Made by a program: the position numbers and the translations under genes. Source: Opitutales bacterium (lineage in GTDB: Bacteria; Verrucomicrobiota; Verrucomicrobiia; Opitutales; Seribacteraceae). Taken from it: DNA of 64,000 bases. The number at the start of each line of letters is the position of its first letter. Position 1 is the first letter of the stretch. This document shows positions 1 to 12,384 of the stretch, one piece after another. Location: the NCBI GenBank assembly GCA_029254745.1, contig JAQWWZ010000072.1, positions 4,380 through 68,379 of the forward strand. Reading direction: 5' to 3'. Under the pieces are notes generated by a model. The model did no database searches and was not told the origin of the DNA. It was given only the letters and a program-made list of their open reading frames with translations.

Positions 1-1329
<1,329 letters not shown>

Positions 1330-1362
1330 TTACTTTTTTGGTACTCCTATTAATTTAGCTAA

Positions 1363-1393
1363 TTGACACCGCTTATACTAGTAACTTAACCAT
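1363..1393 (+). promoter_or_regulatory. Possible sigma70 promoter for sdhCAB
   Basis: TTGACA at 1363-1368 and TATACT at 1374-1379 in the AT-rich pyrG/sdhC divergent region. The two hexamers are not at canonical spacing, so the true -10 is uncertain. Confidence 0.3.
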
Positions 1394-1455
1394 GATTTGT
1401 CCTCGTGTTTTATTTGGGCAAGTTAAAGAATTCGATACAATAAATTTTTACAATT

Positions 1456-2187
1456 ATGTTTAGCAGCTCCTTAGGAAAAAAATACCTCATGGCCCTCACA
1501 GGCATCGTACTAATTGGCTTCGTATTTGTGCACATGGCCGGAAATCTGCAAGTTTTGCTTGGCCAAGACAAAATTAATGCATACGCCCATGCCCTGCAGT
1601 CGCTCCCCATGCCTATCCTTTGGGGGTCCCGTTTGTTTTTACTTGTCTGTGTGGTGATTCACGCTTGGACCGCGATTGTGTTAATTCGGGAGAATCGGGC
1701 CGCACGCCCCCAGGGTAATGAGGTGGAAGTAACCAAGCGGGCTGGTTTGTCTTCTCTTAAGATGGGCCTGTCGGGAACTATTCTTTTGTTTTTCATTATT
1801 TTTCATCTCCTTCATTTTACCATTCGGACTGTTTATCCAGAGTATAATGATATGATGACCACTGTTGGGGCACCAGAGGGAGAGGAAGTTCACGATGTTT
1901 ACACCATGGTGCTTGCTGGTTTTCAACATATTTGGGTTTCTGTTTTTTACATTGTCGCGATGTTTTTACTGTGCGGGCACCTAAGTCATGGATTTAGCAG
2001 TGTGTTCCAGTCTTTGGGTATTCGTTCTGATTCTTGGCGCGTTAAAATTGAACTTGTTGCCAAAGCTTACGCCTGGGTGATTTTCTTGGGCTTTTCAATC
2101 ATCCCGATATTAGTGTTAGGTCAGATGCTCGATTTTATTTCTTTTTTTGAACCATCCTTATTCTCCAATTCCTTGGCGGTGCGTTAA
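1456..2187 (+). CDS. sdhC: Succinate dehydrogenase/fumarate reductase cytochrome b subunit
   Basis: SSLGKKYLMALTG, HMxGNL, multiple TM helices, heme-ligand His residues (IHA, HLLHF, HLSHG); directly upstream of sdhAB. Confidence 0.95.
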   Translation: MFSSSLGKKYLMALTGIVLIGFVFVHMAGNLQVLLGQDKINAYAHALQSLPMPILWGSRLFLLVCVVIHAWTAIVLIRENRAARPQGNEVEVTKRAGLSSLKMGLSGTILLFFIIFHLLHFTIRTVYPEYNDMMTTVGAPEGEEVHDVYTMVLAGFQHIWVSVFYIVAMFLLCGHLSHGFSSVFQSLGIRSDSWRVKIELVAKAYAWVIFLGFSIIPILVLGQMLDFISFFEPSLFSNSLAVR

Positions 2188-2211
2188 AGATCCATTCACA
2201 AAACCATCATT

Positions 2212-4128
2212 ATGAACCTCGATTCCAAAATCCCCGAAGGTCCACTTTCAGATAAGTGGGATAACCATCGTTTCTCTTCTAAATTGGTCAACCCGGCGAA
2301 CAAGCGAAAATATCGAGTGATCGTTGTGGGCTCTGGGCTAGCAGGAGGCTCGGCAGCTGCCACTCTTGCTGAACTTGGTTACAATGTAGACTGTTTTTGC
2401 TACCAAGACTCACCCCGTCGTGCCCACTCAATCGCAGCACAGGGTGGGATCAATGGAGCCAAAAATTACCAAAATGATGGAGATAGTATTCATCGTCTTT
2501 TTTACGATACCGTAAAAGGCGGGGATTTTCGCTCCCGTGAAGCCAATGTTTACCGCTTAGCTCAGGTAAGCACTAACATTATTGATCAGTGCGTTGCTCA
2601 AGGTGTTCCCTTTGCGAGGGAATATGGTGGCTTGCTTGCCAATCGTTCCTTTGGTGGTGCTCAAGTAAGTCGAACTTTTTACGCCCGGGGTCAAACTGGT
2701 CAGCAATTATTATTGGGAGCTTACAGTGCTTTAAGTCGCCAAATTTCCACCGGTCAGGTCAAGATGCACACCCGACATGAAATGCTCGACCTTGTCGTTG
2801 TAGATGGTCACGCTAAGGGTATAATAACTCGAAATTTAGCGTCGGGTGAAACCAAGGCATGGACGGCAGATGCGGTGATTTTGTGCACCGGTGGGTATGG
2901 GAATGTCTACTATCTCTCAACCAATGCAATTGGTTGCAATGTAACTGCAACCTATCGTGCATATCGTAGAGGTGCTGGTTTTGCCAATCCATGTTTCACT
3001 CAAATTCACCCAACATGCATCCCTGTTGCAGGTGACCACCAGTCCAAGCTCACATTAATGTCGGAGTCATTGCGCAACGATGGAAGGGTCTGGGTACCAA
3101 AAAAAGCTGAAGATTGTGGAAAGAATCCCAACGATATAGCCGAAGCAGACCGCGATTATTATTTGGAAAGAAAATATCCAAGTTTCGGAAACCTTGCCCC
3201 GCGTGACATTTCTAGTCGATCCGCCAAAGAAGCCTGCGATGAAGGTCGTGGTGTAGGCCCAGGTGGTCGAGGTGTATACCTTGACTTTGCTGATGCAATT
3301 TCTCGGCTTGGTGAAAGTGTCATTCGCGAACGCTATGGTAATCTCTTTCAAATGTATGAGAGAATTACGGGAGAAAATGCTTACCAGCGCCCGATGAGGA
3401 TATACCCAGCGATCCATTACACAATGGGCGGTCTCTGGGTTGATTACAACCTTATGACAACCATCCCGGGTTGCTTTGCCCTGGGTGAAGCAAACTTCTC
3501 CGATCATGGTGCTAATCGTCTTGGTGCGAGTGCTTTGATGCAAGGCTTGAGCGATGGTTACTTCGTGGTTCCCTACACCATTGGTAATTATTTGGCGAAT
3601 TCTGGAGCAGGCACGATTAGCCCAGACTCACCAGAAGTAAAAGAAGTCATGGAATCGGTTCGTGAACGCGTTGATCAACTCACTTCATCCAATGGTAATC
3701 GTTCCGCTCGTTCTTATCACAAACAACTTGGTCAAATCATGTGGGAATACGCAGGTATGGCCCGCAACGCTACTGGTTTAGAAAAAGCAATTGGGGAAAT
3801 CCAAGACCTACGCGATGACTTTACCAAAAATCTTTTAGTTCCCGGATCAGGAAATAATTTAAATGCCGAGCTCGAACGGGCTGGTCGTGTTCGTGATTTT
3901 ATTGATTTTGGAGAATTGCTCTGTCGAGATGCATTGGAGAGGAATGAATCTTGCGGTGGACACTTTCGGGAGGAATATCAAACAGAAGATGGAGAAGCCA
4001 CTCGCGATGATGAAAACTTTGCCCATGCTGCGGTGTGGGAATACAAAGGTGAAGGAAAAACTCCTGCTCGCCATAAGGAAGAATTAAAGTACGATAATGT
4101 AAAACTTGCAGTTCGTAGTTACAAATAA
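2212..4128 (+). CDS. sdhA: Succinate dehydrogenase/fumarate reductase flavoprotein subunit
   Basis: GSGLAGG FAD motif, [12 protein letters not shown] covalent-FAD motif, [22 protein letters not shown]. Confidence 0.98.
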   Translation: MNLDSKIPEGPLSDKWDNHRFSSKLVNPANKRKYRVIVVGSGLAGGSAAATLAELGYNVDCFCYQDSPRRAHSIAAQGGINGAKNYQNDGDSIHRLFYDTVKGGDFRSREANVYRLAQVSTNIIDQCVAQGVPFAREYGGLLANRSFGGAQVSRTFYARGQTGQQLLLGAYSALSRQISTGQVKMHTRHEMLDLVVVDGHAKGIITRNLASGETKAWTADAVILCTGGYGNVYYLSTNAIGCNVTATYRAYRRGAGFANPCFTQIHPTCIPVAGDHQSKLTLMSESLRNDGRVWVPKKAEDCGKNPNDIAEADRDYYLERKYPSFGNLAPRDISSRSAKEACDEGRGVGPGGRGVYLDFADAISRLGESVIRERYGNLFQMYERITGENAYQRPMRIYPAIHYTMGGLWVDYNLMTTIPGCFALGEANFSDHGANRLGASALMQGLSDGYFVVPYTIGNYLANSGAGTISPDSPEVKEVMESVRERVDQLTSSNGNRSARSYHKQLGQIMWEYAGMARNATGLEKAIGEIQDLRDDFTKNLLVPGSGNNLNAELERAGRVRDFIDFGELLCRDALERNESCGGHFREEYQTEDGEATRDDENFAHAAVWEYKGEGKTPARHKEELKYDNVKLAVRSYK

Positions 4129-4137
4129 GGAAATTTT

Positions 4138-4890
4138 ATGAAGTTAATTCTAAGGGTTTGGAGACAAGATGGTGCAAAAGACGAAGGTCGTTTTGAGACC
4201 CACCAATTAGACGGAGTATCAGAAGATTCATCGTTTTTGGAGATGCTTGATCAGTTGAATGAGCAGTTGTTGGAAGAGGGCACTGAACCAGTACTTTTTG
4301 ATCATGATTGCCGAGAGGGCATATGCGGGAGTTGTTCCCTTACCATTAATGGTTTGGCTCATGGGCCAGAGGACTCCACGACAACATGCCAGCTACACAT
4401 GAGGAAATTCACTGATGGGGAAACTGTCACTATTGAACCTTTTCGTGCCCGTGCCTTTCCTGTGGTTCGAGACTTGGTAGTTGATCGTTCGGCTTTTGAC
4501 CGTATTACACAAGCAGGTGGATATATCACAGTTCGTACCGGTAGTGCACCCGATGGTAATGCAATACCTGTACCCAAAGATGATTCAGACAAAGCCATGG
4601 ATGCCGCCGCCTGCATTGGCTGTGGCGCCTGTGTGGCATCTTGCAAAAATGCATCGGCTATGCTCTTCACATCTGCGAAAGCCGGTCACCTAAACCTTCT
4701 TCCTCAAGGAAAAGCAGAAAAAGATAAAAGAGTTTTGGCTATGGTCGAAGAAATGGACAACTCTGGCTTTGGTAATTGCCGAAATTATGGAGAGTGTTCC
4801 GCTGCTTGCCCTAAGGATATTTCCCTGGATTATATCTCTAAACTTAATCGGGATCACGCGGCAGCCAAGGTTCGTAAGATTTTTTCGTAA
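4138..4890 (+). CDS. sdhB: Succinate dehydrogenase/fumarate reductase iron-sulfur subunit
   Basis: [21 protein letters not shown] and [12 protein letters not shown] cluster motifs. Confidence 0.97.
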   Translation: MKLILRVWRQDGAKDEGRFETHQLDGVSEDSSFLEMLDQLNEQLLEEGTEPVLFDHDCREGICGSCSLTINGLAHGPEDSTTTCQLHMRKFTDGETVTIEPFRARAFPVVRDLVVDRSAFDRITQAGGYITVRTGSAPDGNAIPVPKDDSDKAMDAAACIGCGACVASCKNASAMLFTSAKAGHLNLLPQGKAEKDKRVLAMVEEMDNSGFGNCRNYGECSAACPKDISLDYISKLNRDHAAAKVRKIFS

Positions 4891-4956
4891 GCACTTCTGT
4901 GCAGGCAACCTTAAATATGGTTGCGGGAATTCTTTTCCTTTGGATGATGTTTTTTT

Positions 4957-6363
4957 ATGTCCAAGGAAAAAAAACAAGTAACTTGGGGTGGTAGGTTTTC
5001 AGAACAGCCTGACGCCCTGATGCAAGTATTTGGTGAATCCGTATCCTTTGATATGCGTCTCGCTCCCTATGATCTAAAAGGCAGTTTAGGCCATGCTTCA
5101 ATGCTCGCTCATGTCGGATTGCTCACCCAAGAAGAGTACAATGCTATCGAGAAGGGAATTTACGAATTATTTGAGGAGATCAAAGAGGATTCTTTTGCGT
5201 GGAAGCTGGAACTCGAAGATGTTCACATGAATCTCGAGCAGGCATTACGAGCTAAGACCGAGGCAGCTGATAAGCTTCATACCGGTAGAAGTCGAAACGA
5301 TCAGGTAGCCACAGATATGCGTTTATTTTTTAAAGATGCCTGCTCGCAGGTAAAGACCGGGCTCGAGGGCGTGATGCTATCCATGCTCGGCCAGGCTAAA
5401 CGCTATGCTGCGTTACCCATTCCAGGATACACCCACTTGCAGCGGGCTCAACCCGTTACGGTGGGTCACCATTTACTTGCTTACATCGAATCATTTGGAA
5501 GAGACCATGAACGCTTTTCTCATGTCGCTGAACATGCAAATGTTTGCCCTCTTGGTTCGGGTGCCATCGCTGGCTCAACTTTACCTTTAGACCGGGAATT
5601 TGCCGCCAAGGCACTGGGTTTTGTGGATGAGGATGGTAGTCCAAGAATTACTGCCAATGGAATGGATGCAGTTGCTGATCGTGATCTTTTTATTGAGTTT
5701 GCCAGTGCTTGTTCCACCTCTGCCCTTCATTTGTCCCGTTTAGCTGAAGATCTAATTCTCTGGAATTCAACCGAATTTGGCTTTGTGGGATTACCGGATG
5801 CCTTTACTACAGGCTCTTCTTTAATGCCCCAAAAGAAAAACCCAGATTCCTTTGAGCTGATACGCGGGAAAACCGGTAGGATTATTGGAAATCTTACCAA
5901 CCTTATCGTTACCATAAAAGGCCTGCCTTTGACTTACAACCGAGACCTGCAGGAGGATAAACCTCCGGTTTTTGATTCCCTTGATCAGTTAAGTCAGTGT
6001 CTGGCTGTTGCTTCTGGTTGTATTGCATCCGCAAATTTCAAGGAAGATAATTGCCGGGCTGCTGCTTCGGACCCGCTATTGTTGGCCACCGATTTAGCAG
6101 ATTATCTCGTCGAAGCAGGGGTCGCTTTTCGCCAGGCCCATCATGTGGTCGGCTCTTTGGTCGCCCTGAGTGAAGAAAAGAAAGTATCCCTACCTGAATT
6201 ATCGGATGATGACGCATTTGGTATTTGTGATAAACTCAAAGATGATTGGCGTGAGGTGTTTAATTTAGAGCGGGCATTTGCAAAGCGCGAAAAGCCAGGC
6301 ATGCCTGGGCCCAACCAAATTGCATCAAGGATTCAGTTTTGGGAAAACATTCTGCAAGCATAG
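4957..6363 (+). CDS. argH: Argininosuccinate lyase
   Basis: [50 protein letters not shown]. Confidence 0.98.
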   Translation: MSKEKKQVTWGGRFSEQPDALMQVFGESVSFDMRLAPYDLKGSLGHASMLAHVGLLTQEEYNAIEKGIYELFEEIKEDSFAWKLELEDVHMNLEQALRAKTEAADKLHTGRSRNDQVATDMRLFFKDACSQVKTGLEGVMLSMLGQAKRYAALPIPGYTHLQRAQPVTVGHHLLAYIESFGRDHERFSHVAEHANVCPLGSGAIAGSTLPLDREFAAKALGFVDEDGSPRITANGMDAVADRDLFIEFASACSTSALHLSRLAEDLILWNSTEFGFVGLPDAFTTGSSLMPQKKNPDSFELIRGKTGRIIGNLTNLIVTIKGLPLTYNRDLQEDKPPVFDSLDQLSQCLAVASGCIASANFKEDNCRAAASDPLLLATDLADYLVEAGVAFRQAHHVVGSLVALSEEKKVSLPELSDDDAFGICDKLKDDWREVFNLERAFAKREKPGMPGPNQIASRIQFWENILQA

Positions 6364-7412
6364 GCATTTTTTTTCAATCCTACCTTTGGGTTACCTTGGT
6401 ATGCCTAGCAATAATTCCACGGTTGCACAGCAGAATTTTTACGAGTTCCAATGGTACCGAGGTTGATGGTGAAGTCTTTGAAGTCGATGGTCATCGGGTT
6501 GGGCTTCGAGTAAATGAGCGAGATTATTATTTCTCGATATCACGCTTTGTTCGTGAGGATCAGGCATATATGCAAAAGTGGTCTGCCGTAGAAAGGTGTT
6601 CGTCATGTAAAGGAAAAGTCGGTACTGGGTTTCGCGAGGCTGGGGACGACAAGTATCACACCCGATGCTTTCGTTGTCTCGCCTGCCGGAAATCTTTTGT
6701 GGGTGGTGATGGTCTTGGGAAAGGGCCTTGGGGTGGTTTGGTACACCTGGAGCATACCTCTCTGGCTTTATCCTGTGATAGTTGTTCCCGTTTTTTTCGT
6801 CGTGAGGATGCCCTCCCAAAACAGTCCTTTGGTGACGGGCGGGTACATTGCCGGGTTTGCTTGGAAGATGGCGTATTTGAGGGCACCAAGGTTAGCCAAG
6901 TGCAGGCAAGAATTCTGCCTGTTCTGAAGCGGGTGGGTATGGATTTACCAACCAAGCCCATTCACATCGAGCTTGTAGGTCGGTCCTTCTTGGATCGTGA
7001 AGCCAAGAGAATCAAAGCAGAGGGTAAGCTTCGCGGTCTGACCTTGACCAAGTTCAAGCTCACCCGTGGTACCCCTTCCAGTGCTTCCTTTGAACACCGG
7101 ATTTATGTTCTATCAGGGCTTCCCTATGTTGAATGCATTGCTGTACTGGCACATGAGTATGCTCATGTTTGGTTAAATGAACGCTTTATTGATTCAACTC
7201 CTCCTGAGATTGAAGGCTTTTGTAACCTTATTTCTGAAATTTGTCTAGGTCAGGACAAGAGTAAGGTATCGCTTTTGCTTCGTGAAAATATGATGAAAAG
7301 TGAAAATCCTGTTTATGGTGCTGGTTTTCGGAGAATGAGGTCGAGACTTAAGTCTTTGGGTTGGGATGGATTATTTGCAGAGATGCTATCGAAATCATCT
7401 CCTCCTCACTGA
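6339..7412 (+). CDS. Secreted SHD1-like + LIM zinc finger + DA1-family metallopeptidase (start codon uncertain)
   Basis: Hydrophobic N-terminus; [11 protein letters not shown]...SREDQAY-type SHD1 module; C87-C90-H107-C110-C113-C116-H136-H139 LIM spacing; second CxxC...CxxC; VLSGLP...[17 protein letters not shown] and YGAGFR match DA1 peptidase motifs. Confidence 0.8.
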   Translation: MGKHSASIGIFFQSYLWVTLVCLAIIPRLHSRIFTSSNGTEVDGEVFEVDGHRVGLRVNERDYYFSISRFVREDQAYMQKWSAVERCSSCKGKVGTGFREAGDDKYHTRCFRCLACRKSFVGGDGLGKGPWGGLVHLEHTSLALSCDSCSRFFRREDALPKQSFGDGRVHCRVCLEDGVFEGTKVSQVQARILPVLKRVGMDLPTKPIHIELVGRSFLDREAKRIKAEGKLRGLTLTKFKLTRGTPSSASFEHRIYVLSGLPYVECIAVLAHEYAHVWLNERFIDSTPPEIEGFCNLISEICLGQDKSKVSLLLRENMMKSENPVYGAGFRRMRSRLKSLGWDGLFAEMLSKSSPPH

Positions 7413-7451
7413 ATTGCACCGATTATTTCCGGGTAACTCAGTATAAAAGTT

Positions 7452-8858
7452 TTAGGAGAGTAAAGCTTTCTGGATGACCGAGAAAATATCGGTTGGTTCG
7501 AGTACTGAGTCAGCATTCTGATTGGCTGCACCACAGAGGATTGGCCAATCTGCTTTGTCTTTTGGAACCACTCCATGACTGCCTCTCACCAGAGTTGCAT
7601 CTAGTGGGATCAGATCCATGTGTACCCGGAATCCTAGCTTTTTAGCTATTAGTTTTCGGGCAGCACGTAATTTGGGCGAGGTAAGCTTGGGGTCAAAAAA
7701 TAGTTCAGCCGGATCATATCCGTATTTGCGGTGTATATCAATACAGCGGGCAAATTCTGGTGCTTTGGTATCATCATCCCAATGATAGTAAGCAAACCAT
7801 GCATCCTCTTCCGATAGGGCAATTAGATCACCGGCACGGTCATGGTCAAGCCCTGCCTCCTTTCGGGTTCTACCTTCCAAAACCTGAGAAACTCCATCCA
7901 TCGCTTCCAAAGATGCCCGTATTTCCTTCCTGATTTCAGGGCACTCATTTTTTATATAAATGTGGGCTACTTGATGGTCGGTAAGGGCAAAGGCATCCGA
8001 TCCACCACAATCTAATGTCTCTTTCCCGAATTCTTCCTTGATTGATAACCATCCTTGATGGCGGAATTCTCTGTTTGGATAGATTACTTTATTTACTTCA
8101 GTAATGCCATATTCAGACAGGATAATAGGTGTGACCCCTTTGTTTTCAAAATAGTCAATGAGGTCACCCGCAACCTCATCAATTTCATGGAGGGCTTTTT
8201 TAATTTTCGGATCTTTGGGTCCATGTCGTTGGAGGTCGTAGTCTAAGTGGGGCAGGTAGACCAAAGATAAGTCAGGGGAGTGTTTTTCTTCTATCCAGCG
8301 GGCAGAATCCGCAATCCATTGAGAAGAGGCAATACCTGCCATTGGCCCCCAAAATGAAGGAAAGGGAAAGGCCCCAAGTTCTTTTTTTATATCATCCCTG
8401 ATCTCCATGGGATGGGTGTGGATATCAAATTGCTTATCCCCGTCCGAGCCATAAAGCGGACGGGGAGTAATTGAGTAGTCAGCGGACGAGTACATATTGT
8501 ACCACCAAAAAAGTTTGGCACAGGTAAATCCTGGTCTCTTTTCTTTGATCACATCCCAAACCTTATCGCCTTTGACGAGGGCATTTGACTGTTTCCAAAA
8601 TTGGTGTTCGTTAAGGTTTCGGTCATACCATCCATTCCCGACAATCCCGTGCTCTGATGGTAGTGTACCAGTTAGATAAGTAGCTTGAGCGGAGCAGGTA
8701 AGGGCAGGGAATGCTGGTCGAATCAACTGTTCTTGGGTGTCATTTTTCTGGGAAAATTTGGTGATGCGGGGCATGTCTTTCCCCAGGTGCCTGCGGCATA
8801 GTCCGACCAGATTGATTACCGCGACCCGGGGAAAAGAACCACCTTCGTTAGCGGTCAT
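7452..8858 (-). CDS. eboF: Alkaline phosphatase-superfamily nucleotide pyrophosphatase/phosphodiesterase (EboF-like)
   Basis: FPALTCSAQATYLTG, HGIVGNGWY, VYLPHLDY, LSEYG, DHQVAH, GSHG. ATG at 8858 is 4 nt after the eboD stop and is preferred over the track start 8882. Confidence 0.85.
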   Translation of the reverse strand: MTANEGGSFPRVAVINLVGLCRRHLGKDMPRITKFSQKNDTQEQLIRPAFPALTCSAQATYLTGTLPSEHGIVGNGWYDRNLNEHQFWKQSNALVKGDKVWDVIKEKRPGFTCAKLFWWYNMYSSADYSITPRPLYGSDGDKQFDIHTHPMEIRDDIKKELGAFPFPSFWGPMAGIASSQWIADSARWIEEKHSPDLSLVYLPHLDYDLQRHGPKDPKIKKALHEIDEVAGDLIDYFENKGVTPIILSEYGITEVNKVIYPNREFRHQGWLSIKEEFGKETLDCGGSDAFALTDHQVAHIYIKNECPEIRKEIRASLEAMDGVSQVLEGRTRKEAGLDHDRAGDLIALSEEDAWFAYYHWDDDTKAPEFARCIDIHRKYGYDPAELFFDPKLTSPKLRAARKLIAKKLGFRVHMDLIPLDATLVRGSHGVVPKDKADWPILCGAANQNADSVLEPTDIFSVIQKALLS

Positions 8859-8862
8859 CGGT

Positions 8863-10050
8863 TTACTTTCTTTGCCGAACAAGGTTTCGTGAGCATAAGT
8901 CTTCTACGGACTCTAGAATTTTTGCTCTATCCATAGCATGCACTTCTACTCCTTCACCAATACCCTGAAGTAAGGTGATGGTCAGCTCTCCTCCTAAATG
9001 TTCGCGAAATTCCTCCAGGCCTTCGAGGATGACATGTTTACCTTGCTTACTCTTAAATCCAAGTATTTCATCATACAGCTCAAAGCCCAAGCGATTGAGC
9101 AGGTGAAGGCATCGTTCGGCCGAAGATCTTTTGATTAATCCAATTTTAGAGGAATAGAGAAGATCTACACCCAAACCGATAGCAACGGCATCCCCATGCC
9201 CAATTCGAAAGTCTGAAAGTTGCTCAAGCTTGTGAGCTACCCAGTGACCAAAATCAAGAGGCCGTGCAGAACCAAGCTCAAAGGGATCACCAGACCCAGC
9301 AATGTGTTCCAGGTGAAGGGCGGCACTCTTCCGTATGATATAATGCATTGCGTCCTCATCAAACTTGGCTAGGTCATCCGCTCGGGCTTCTATCTGCTCA
9401 AAAAACGAGCGGTCTCGAATCAAAGCGACCTTCACAGCTTCCACAAAGCCTGCACGCTTTTGTCCCTTGGGTAGACCCCGCAAAAAAGAAAAATCATTCA
9501 GCACAGCATATGGAACCGCAAAGGTACCAACCCAGTTTTTCTTTCCAAAAAAATTGATGCCGTTTTTTACTCCAACTCCCCCATCTCCCTGGCTCAGGGT
9601 GGTCGTGGGCAGGCGAACTAATCGAATGCCCCGGTGTGCGGTGGATGCCGCAAAACCTACCAAGTCTAAGGCTGCTCCTCCCCCGATAACGATGACATAG
9701 GAATGCCTGCAAAGAGAAAAAGTGTTTAGGTCAGTCCAAATTTTTTCGACAAGTCCCCAATCATTTTTGGCTGCTTCACCGCCTCGGATAAAGACCGGAG
9801 AGCAGACCAAATGTAAGGCGTCTTTTCTTGCCTGGAAATAACTTTTAATTTGATCGGGTAAGTTGGGGTTTCCATCGAGCATGCCCTCATCCAAGTAGAT
9901 AATGATTTTGGATGGTTGGTTCTTCCGGTGAGGCTGAACAATATCAGACAGGGTATCATTTGTATGAGAAAAGCAGTCCTTAGTGAAGTATACCCGGTGG
10001 CTAAAATCCAGACGAATATTTTTGCGGATGGTAGAGTATGTAGAAGGCAT
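8863..10050 (-). CDS. eboD: 3-dehydroquinate-synthase-like sugar-phosphate cyclase (EboD-like)
   Basis: GGEAAKN, GGGAALDLVGFAASTAHRG, PTTTLSQGDGGVGVKNGIN, PLDFGHWVAHKLE, HGDAVAIG; ebo gene context. Confidence 0.85.
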   Translation of the reverse strand: MPSTYSTIRKNIRLDFSHRVYFTKDCFSHTNDTLSDIVQPHRKNQPSKIIIYLDEGMLDGNPNLPDQIKSYFQARKDALHLVCSPVFIRGGEAAKNDWGLVEKIWTDLNTFSLCRHSYVIVIGGGAALDLVGFAASTAHRGIRLVRLPTTTLSQGDGGVGVKNGINFFGKKNWVGTFAVPYAVLNDFSFLRGLPKGQKRAGFVEAVKVALIRDRSFFEQIEARADDLAKFDEDAMHYIIRKSAALHLEHIAGSGDPFELGSARPLDFGHWVAHKLEQLSDFRIGHGDAVAIGLGVDLLYSSKIGLIKRSSAERCLHLLNRLGFELYDEILGFKSKQGKHVILEGLEEFREHLGGELTITLLQGIGEGVEVHAMDRAKILESVEDLCSRNLVRQRK

Positions 10051-10072
10051 AAGGGGTCAGACTAATTCATGC

Positions 10073-11017
10073 CTAGGTCGCCGCAAACTTCTTTTGCAAC
10101 AAAAGGGCAAGTGCATACAGGGAAAGCAGGGGGGCAATCAGCACCGGCATACAGAAGGAAATGACCACCGTATCAGTTATGCAAATCCCTGCAAGTAAGC
10201 GGGATACTCCTTGACCGATGGCTCCTTTTTTACCCTCCCGTATTTGGGTGATCGCCTGAAAGGCAATCCACGCAATAAATAAGCCCACTGCATTGACCAA
10301 AAAGACCCGGATGGGGTCCAGGTTATTCCAATGGACTAACGCGGCAAGGGCGACAAGGGGAGAAGCGAAAAGAAAAAGTATAGAAATCCGGGGTGCATCT
10401 TCTCCCTCTTTGGCTTCCCCTCTGGCAAATAGACTAATCCCAATCACATAGAATGCGAGGGTGCCCCCCCAGATCCAAGAAAGTGGATAGATTACGGTAC
10501 TTTCTCCACAGGTCGCGGCGGAAGCCCAGAGAAGTAGACGGCAACCTCCCATTAAAAAGACACCGCCTGCCCACTTTTTATGAACGATGTCATAGGCAAT
10601 AATACAAAGGCCGAGAGCAAGAACCCAAGTTGTTTCACATTGAGCTGAGTGAAGCAATGCCCAGCCCCCTCCTAGCATTTCAGTAATTCCCAGAATCCAT
10701 ACAAATCGGGATGTGACAGCACCTGAGGGAATCGGTCGGTGAGGGTTATGCTTACGGTCAAACTTTTCATCCGCGGCATCATTAAGGGTACAGCCTCCCA
10801 TATAGAGCAAGCTGGCACCCAGGATGAGTGGTAGCAGAAGATCCAATTGAAGAATGCCGAGTTCATTCCATTCCGGCATACCTCGTACCCGCTCGTTTAC
10901 ACTTAAGTTTATCGCCCAGGCGGCTAGGCAATTAGTCCATACCGAGGGGAGGTTGGAAACTCGCCCAAGGGTAAGGGCTTGATGGAGCAAATCCGGCTTG
11001 CTGGGAAGAGAGTTCAT
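10073..11017 (-). CDS. eboC: UbiA-family prenyltransferase (EboC-like)
   Basis: RVSNLPSVW, Asp-rich NDAADEKFD, RPIPSG, YDIVHK, MGGCR; multiple TM segments. Confidence 0.85.
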   Translation of the reverse strand: MNSLPSKPDLLHQALTLGRVSNLPSVWTNCLAAWAINLSVNERVRGMPEWNELGILQLDLLLPLILGASLLYMGGCTLNDAADEKFDRKHNPHRPIPSGAVTSRFVWILGITEMLGGGWALLHSAQCETTWVLALGLCIIAYDIVHKKWAGGVFLMGGCRLLLWASAATCGESTVIYPLSWIWGGTLAFYVIGISLFARGEAKEGEDAPRISILFLFASPLVALAALVHWNNLDPIRVFLVNAVGLFIAWIAFQAITQIREGKKGAIGQGVSRLLAGICITDTVVISFCMPVLIAPLLSLYALALLLQKKFAAT

Positions 11018-12198
11018 GAGTCTGAAATTTTTTCAATTCCCCTCGCTCGGAGAGCATCGAGGGTCCATTCATATTCTTTGGCTACTTGATCCACAACTTT
11101 TTCCGCACGCATCTCTGGGGGTAAAACTTCCCAAGTGTAGGTTTCCATTTCCAAATGCCTACACTTTTGTGGAGCTTGGGCCAACCAGTTCAGCGTGTCC
11201 AAGACATGATTGCCTGTATGACCAAGCCCATTCCCAGGGGAAGCGTGCAAGGGAACATGAAAGTGAATCCTCCATTCATCTCCAAGTATCATGTCCTCTT
11301 CTTTAGCTTGTGCCAGGGCAAGATCGAGATCTTTTACTCTTCTCAACACCTTTCCGTTTTTACTCACTACTACTTGGTGAAGGTAAACCTCTTCCACAAA
11401 GCTTTCCAGGATCGAGAGATTGGATGGAGAGGGTTGGGCGGTGAGAGCGGAGCTTATATGGAGTTTGCTTAAACGAATATTGGCATCGTCTAGGGCTTGC
11501 AAGCCTGTGGCTGCATCTTCCCCTTCGACGGCTAGGTGGCAGCAGTCATAGTTCACCCCAATTTTGGCAAGTAAAGATTGCGGATCAGAACAGTGTTGTT
11601 GAAGTTGATAAAAAAAAGAAAGAGTTTCTGGGCAGGTTTCAAATAAGCCCAAAGGTTCCGGTTCCAGTCCGAGGTGGAGATCCAATTGCTTTGCTTTCTC
11701 CATTTTTTCAACTGCCCGGGAGCAAGCAACTAGGTTTTCGAAAAGTTGGTCTGGAATTTCTTGCGGGGAAATGAATTCTTTAAAAGATCCGGGTAATGTA
11801 CTTACGCTTCCCTCTTCCCCAGGCTGCAATAACTGTTCCAGGATTTCAAAGAGGACCAGAGTGTAATCAAGCCGGTTCTGTGAGGTCCAATCGGGACGAT
11901 AAACCTGTTCTTTTACCCGGGTTCCATGAAATTCTCCGTAGGGAAATCCGTTAATAGTGAAAATATAACAATGGTTAGTATCCAGCCATCTCTGAAAGGA
12001 AACTAGTTCTCTGGGATCTCGAAGAGTCCGGGCTGCTTCCGCCCCAAGGCGTAAACCAATGGCATAGGGTTGGTCTGGGCAGACCTGGTTCCGTACTGCA
12101 AGCACATCAGACTGAAGGGAGTGAAAAGTTTCTTCCCAGGTATTTCCACGGTGTACATTAGTACAGTAGGCGAGATGCATGTCATGGCTCAGCTTCAT
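11014..12198 (-). CDS. eboE: EboE-family xylose-isomerase-like TIM-barrel protein
   Basis: YCTNVH, TINGFPYGEFH...VKEQVYRPDW, LGLEPEP, DCCHLAV, YLHQV, WRIHFHVP, HLEMETYTW. Confidence 0.9.
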   Translation of the reverse strand: MKLSHDMHLAYCTNVHRGNTWEETFHSLQSDVLAVRNQVCPDQPYAIGLRLGAEAARTLRDPRELVSFQRWLDTNHCYIFTINGFPYGEFHGTRVKEQVYRPDWTSQNRLDYTLVLFEILEQLLQPGEEGSVSTLPGSFKEFISPQEIPDQLFENLVACSRAVEKMEKAKQLDLHLGLEPEPLGLFETCPETLSFFYQLQQHCSDPQSLLAKIGVNYDCCHLAVEGEDAATGLQALDDANIRLSKLHISSALTAQPSPSNLSILESFVEEVYLHQVVVSKNGKVLRRVKDLDLALAQAKEEDMILGDEWRIHFHVPLHASPGNGLGHTGNHVLDTLNWLAQAPQKCRHLEMETYTWEVLPPEMRAEKVVDQVAKEYEWTLDALRARGIEKISDS

Positions 12199-12296
12199 TT
12201 CTTCATTACAGTCGTAGATAGATCTTTCGATACTCTTAGATCAGGAACCTTTTTACTTCAAGAAAACACCGACAAGCATAAACCTTTCCCTGTGCC

Positions 12297-12331
12297 AAAA
12301 AAAATGCGCGACCCAGCCCAGGTCGCGCATT
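12297..12331 (-). terminator. Intrinsic terminator on the minus strand, ~100 nt upstream of eboE
   Basis: Perfect 11-bp inverted repeat AATGCGCGACC (12303-12313) / GGTCGCGCATT (12321-12331) with a 7-nt loop. The A8 run at 12297-12304 reads as a U-tract on the minus strand. Confidence 0.75.
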
Positions 12332-12374
12332 ACTATTTTGAAACCTATAGTGTGGTTTCTATTTTGCCCTTTGA
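12297..12374 (-). ncRNA. Candidate ~78-nt small RNA or attenuator leader
   Basis: Lies between a sigma54-type promoter and the intrinsic terminator. Contains a GAAACC/GGTTTC hairpin (12340-12359) flanked by two CAAAATAG copies. No usable ORF. Start inferred from the -12 element. Confidence 0.4.
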
Positions 12375-12384
12375 TTACCAGTCT

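Noticed and set aside
8863-10050. Calling the cyclase the housekeeping aroB
   Set aside because: Its context (eboE, UbiA, phosphodiesterase) and motifs such as PLDFGHWVAHKLE fit EboD better; no other aro genes are adjacent.
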